Source of the DNA: Dimorphilus gyrociliatus
Lineage: Eukaryota > Animalia > Annelida
Reading direction: 5' to 3'
DNA length: 64,000 nt
Assembly (NCBI GenBank): GCA_904063045.1
Contig: CAJFCJ010000006.1
Location: 2,904,946 to 2,968,945, forward strand
Shown here: piece by piece, positions 59,476 to 64,000 of the stretch
Layout: the number at the start of each line of letters is the position of its first letter
How positions within the stretch are numbered: position 1 is the stretch's first letter
Notes under the pieces: generated by a model
Told to the model about the DNA's origin: nothing
Seen by the model: only the letters and a program-made list of their open reading frames with translations
Databases searched by the model: none
Program-made: the position numbers and the translations under genes

Positions 59476-60432
59476 TTGCCCTTGTTAGTAACCTATATCT
59501 TGAAGGAAGTGATAAAGAAAGTTTTCGTTAATTCTCCTTGTTAATCATAAGAAACAGTATTCTTTATTCATTATACCTTCAAAATAAAATTCATAGTCAC
59601 ACAAGTAAAAAGTTAGGCTAAATATTTATATATATTTGAAATGTTGAAAAAATAACTTACATATTGACAAATAGCTAGATTAGATAAATTTATAGCGTTT
59701 TCTCAAATGAAAAATTCAAGAGTAATACTCAAAAAGTTTCCTTTTTCTTACAATAATATCTTCAGTAAGACAACATTTTAGTCTTAGAGTGCGATCAGAT
59801 TATAGGAATGAATTATTACGAATGTCAGTTACCATAGTAATGCACCAACACTTAAACAGGTTAAAGCAAACTGTAGTTCTAGCCATAAAATACTATTTTA
59901 TTACCTTATTTAATACTAAGATAATAAAATACCGACAGGATATTATATGTTGCTATTTGTTCAAAAAGCAAGAAATTAAAGAAATTAACTACATCTCTTA
60001 AATCTTCTATGAAAAATAATCCTCTCCAAGTAGATCTTTGATATTTTTTTACAGAATATAAACTTTCATTTCTAAGAATCTGAAAGTCAATCTCTAGAAA
60101 TCTTAATTTAAATTACAATTTTAGAAAATGATCATGTCAAGGTTTAGAGAAAACTTTCAATCGCCACTTTTCTGGACAGATAATAAGAAAATTATCCTAT
60201 AAACTTGTATAATTAAATACAATTATAATCAATAACTTCTATTATATAACTACTAGGCTTAGACTATTCATGTAGTTCACTATAAAAGATATAACGTTAT
60301 ACTTTAAGCTCGAAGTTTTTGTTCATAGACCTGCACAGTAATAAATATAAGATAGCAGAAATGTTTCAATGCGTTAAGTGAACATGTATTTATTTTTATA
60401 ACTAATTACAAAGAAAACGTTTTCTTTAATCT

Positions 60433-61761
60433 TTAGTTTCCACTAGGCCTATGGAAGAAAATTAAAGGTAAATATCATGTATTTAATTAAAAATTTAAAA
60501 CTTACTTAGCCCATTCAACGTTCAATATCAAATGATCATAACCATAACCGGACAAATTGGCAATAGCCTTAGCTGCATCTTCCCTTTTTGAATAATTAAT
60601 AAACGCGTAGCCCTATTTAATAAAAAAGTCGTACAATAGGCTTTAATTAAGACCAAATTGCCTGTAAATTTTACCTTTGATTGGCCAGTAACTTTATCTT
60701 TAGCCAAAAATATACGATGGATATGACCAAAAGGCCTAAATAATTCTTGTAAATCACTCTCGGTAGTATCCTCTGAGAGATTTGTTACTCTAATCGTGGC
60801 ACTTTCATCTCTGCCTCCCATTCTTTCACCAACAGTGGTTTTAGAGTCAACACCGCCTCGTCTTCCAGGTGCAACATACTTTCCTGGTGGGCCAGCTTGT
60901 TTTGCTTTATCATCTCCAATAGCTGGAGCGGTGCCTTCTGGAGCTCCTGAAAATATGAATTTAGATTTGTCTAGTATATTTCTTAATGTTCTTACCATCC
61001 ATGCTAGGAGCAGCAATAGAGTCTTTGTAAGGACATTTAGTGGTCCAATGGTCTCCCTTACATATTCTACAAGATACCATCTTTTGCTTATCTTTCAATT
61101 TTCCGAAAGGATCTTCACTTTCCTCTGTTTGGAGTTGATTTTCTTTGTTATGTACCAAAACCATATATATATCTTCAGAAATTATAGTATTTGCTGGGTT
61201 GGGGCCAGGTGGATCATTTGATGCTTCACCAAATTTCTTCCAAGTCTTCCTCTTAGCGACTGTCTTCGGCATCTTTTGGATATCGATTCTGTATGTCTTG
61301 ATGACTTTAACCTTTTTTCCATCCTCATTTATTTTGAACTCAGTTAAGGTTTTCAATTTTCTGTCTTCATCCACATGTATTAGTGGAGTTGGGAGTCCGC
61401 CTTAGAAAATAAATGAATTGCATTAGTCACAAATGTTTAAACTCAATTTTCATCAGACTAAGCCTATTTTGACACATCAGTCAAAATATTCTATATTTTA
61501 AATAATAAATGACACAGTCAACGAGCAAAGAGTATTCAAATATATTTATTTGTATGAAAGTAAGACTGAATATGACTGGACTGGCAGTCTTTGCTAGCAT
61601 ACTCATGTTGAGAAACAATAGTTTTACTATACCTTCTTGTTCGACCTCATCGGCCCAGCTTTTTCCTATTCTGTAAGATATAAATTACTCAAATTAATCA
61701 AAGAATCTTAATTTTATTTCGTAGTAAGAAAGAATATAGTTTACCCGTCATATGTCGGCAT
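60433..61761 (-). CDS. EIF3G: Eukaryotic translation initiation factor 3 subunit G
   Basis: MPTYDG|IGKSWADEVEQE; TWKKFG; zinc knuckle CRICKGDHWTTKCPY; RRM ATIRVTNLSED...RIFLAKDKVTGQSK|GYAF...HLILNVEWAKPSGN*. Confidence 0.96.
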
Positions 61762-61785
61762 GCTTAACGATAACCTAAAGGATAA

Positions 61786-61840
61786 TGCGCATGCGCAAAG
61801 TCACTTTTAGACGATAAAACATTTTTGCACAACCCACGTG
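61786..61840. promoter_or_regulatory. Bidirectional promoter motifs: NRF1/EWG palindrome TGCGCATGCGCA (61786-61797) and E-box CACGTG (61835-61840)
   Basis: Perfect consensus matches within the 109 bp between the divergent eIF3g and ESF1 ATGs. Confidence 0.7.
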
Positions 61841-61870
61841 TTTTATATTCGGTTGTTCGTTAATTTCGTC

Positions 61871-64000
61871 ATGGATCATATTAAAAAAGATGAGAGATTT
61901 TCCCATATATCAAAGGATCCAAAATTCCGTAAATTGGCCAGAAAGGATAGAAAAGTTAAAATAGACAAAAGATTCCATGGGATGTTTAAAGACAAAAAAT
62001 TTAAAGTTACATACACAGTAGATAAACGAGGACGCCCGGTTAAAACATCCAGTACTGATCACTTAAAAAAGTTATATGATTTGGATAGTGATGAAAATGA
62101 AGATGATAGTGAAACTGATGAAAGCCAAGACGAGGATGAAAGTGATGAAGATGTAAGTGAAAAAATTCAAGATTCAAGTTAGTACGAAATTTAAATATGA
62201 ATCCGTAGACAATCTAAACTATAATCGTCCTTTTACTAAAAGAGCAAAGAAAGAAATTGAAGGATACCAATAAGAAAAGTGAGAGTAAGAGCAGTGAAGG
62301 AGAGGAGGAAGAAGAGAGTGGAAGTGACGAAGAAGAGGAGAGTGAAGATGACGAAGGAAAGCTCGACCTTACCGGACCTGACTTAGCTAGGGGAGAGGGT
62401 GCCATTGATTCTAGTAGCTCAGAAGAAGAATACGAATTGGAAGGTAGTTTAGGCAAAAAATGGCTCACTGTTTTTCTATAAATATTAACGTTTATAACAG
62501 ATGAACGTTTTGATCATGAATGGGGAGAAGTAGATAAAAATGTTAAACGATCAGAAGAAATAACTTGCAGACTTGCATGTTGTAATCAAGATTGGGATAG
62601 GATAAGGGCTGAGGATTTACTTATGATTTTCAATTCATTTAAACCTTCTACAGGAGTAGTAAAATCTATTACCGTTCGTAGTCTTCGCTATTTTCTAGTT
62701 TCATTCATGCTGTCGTTTTAACTTAAATAATAGATTTATCCCTCCGAATTTGGTTTACAACGTATGAAACAAGAAGACCTTGAAGGTCCAAAAGAGCTAT
62801 TCGAGAAAGAGGAAAGCTTGGCTACTTCGAATGATCAAGTTGAAGGAGAAGACTATCACAGAGAGAAATTACGACAATATCAATTAAAAAGACTTAAGTA
62901 TTATTATGCAATAGTAGACTGCGATAGTCCTGAAACGGCTAATGCCATTTATGAGCAATGTGATGGTGTCGAATTTGAGACAAGTTCGACTAAAATGGAT
63001 TTAAGGTAATCAATTTATCATTAATTACTTTCAGCTTATCATATTAAATTTCTATTAGGTTTGTTCCGGATGATATGACATTTAGTGAAAACTTTAAAGC
63101 ACGTGTTTCTGACGTTGATTTACTAAATTACAAGCCGATTTTGTTCAAAACTACCGCTCTAATGAGATCTAATGTTGAGTTAACTTGGGATGAGACAGAT
63201 CGCTCTAGATCAGCCATTCTCAATAAAAAATTTAAGAAGGACGAAATAGACAATCTTAATATCAAAGATTATCTTGCATCGTCTTCAGAGGATTCTGCTT
63301 GTACGTTCTCCTGACAAATACTATTGAATTATATTTTCTATCAATAATAATGATTTCAGGCGATGAAGAAAATGGAAATGAAAGTAATGACGACGATGAT
63401 AATGAAAATATTATTGAAAAAAAGAGAAACAAATATAAGGCACTTTTAGAGGTTTGAATTTCATAAATTAAATAGTTATAATAGGATATTAAGAACCTTT
63501 TGTAGGAAATTGATACGAAAGATGAGGAAAATGAAAAAGAAGATAAAAACGATGTTAATATGGAAATAAAATGGAATACTGGTTTGTTTTTAGAGAGTCT
63601 TTTAAGTATTTCAAATAAATAGTTCATTAATCCATTCTAGGTCTTAAAGCTAAATCCGAAGAAATTGTCAAAAAAGCTAAAGATGATAAAGAATTATCTG
63701 TATTTGAAAAATACTTAGAAAAGAGAAAAGAAAAGAAAAAGCTAAAGAGACGAAAGACAGCAATCAAAGAGAGTGATGAGGTATGATTTTTTTTAACTGA
63801 GTCATTGCTTTCTTTCATAAAAATTGTCCTATTCCTAGGGTGAAGATGAAGATATGGAGGAAAACGGATTTCAAGCATTTAGTGACGATGACGTAGGAGC
63901 AGAGTCTCCTCCACCCAAAAAGAAGAAGAAAGGCAAGAAGTCTAAAATTGAAAAACGAGTACTAACAGCTGAAGAGGAGGAAGAGGAGAAAAAGGCTCAA
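61871..64000 (+). CDS. ESF1: ESF1 pre-rRNA-processing protein (runs off the window end)
   Basis: DERFSHISKDPKF...KVKIDKRFHGMF...VDKRGRP; TCRLACCNQDWDRIRAEDL; YPSEFGLQRMKQEDLEGP; EKLRQYQLKRLKYYYAIVDCDS; VELTWDETD. Confidence 0.95.

Noticed and set aside
1-64000. Transposable elements
   Set aside because: No transposase or RT ORF, terminal inverted repeats or LTR pairs were recognised; small non-autonomous elements cannot be excluded by eye.

Overview
AT-rich, gene-dense animal DNA with very short GT-AG introns (mostly 55-85 bp). The compact architecture fits a miniaturised invertebrate such as the annelid Dimorphilus gyrociliatus; this is an inference and was not verified. Left part (2-20 kb): a ~2000-aa acidic low-complexity protein, an RDH/BDH-type SDR lacking its catalytic Tyr/Lys, two giant inverted metallothionein-like genes (465 and 484 aa, 41-aa/16-Cys tandem units, near-identical core promoters), a CRAL-TRIO gene and a tandem-GNAT gene. 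The dominant feature (20.7-59.5 kb) is a cluster of 11 paralogous genes plus one relic. The full-length form is [often N-acylation motif]-[SPSB/GUSTAVUS-type SPRY]-[ARM-like helical region]-[CxCxxC knuckle + NEURL4-type ADP-ribosyltransferase (ART) domain]. Seven copies are full length, two of them without the ART His. The other four are ART-only, partial helical+ART, SPRY+helical without ART, and helical-only. Interleaved are an MSP/VAP-like gene, a tetraspanin, an EGF-PAN-(F-type lectin-like x5)-PAN gene and tRNA-Lys(CTT). The window ends with head-to-head eIF3g and ESF1 sharing a 109-bp promoter with a perfect NRF1 palindrome. Gene models were spliced by hand; domain names rest on recalled family motifs, not database searches.
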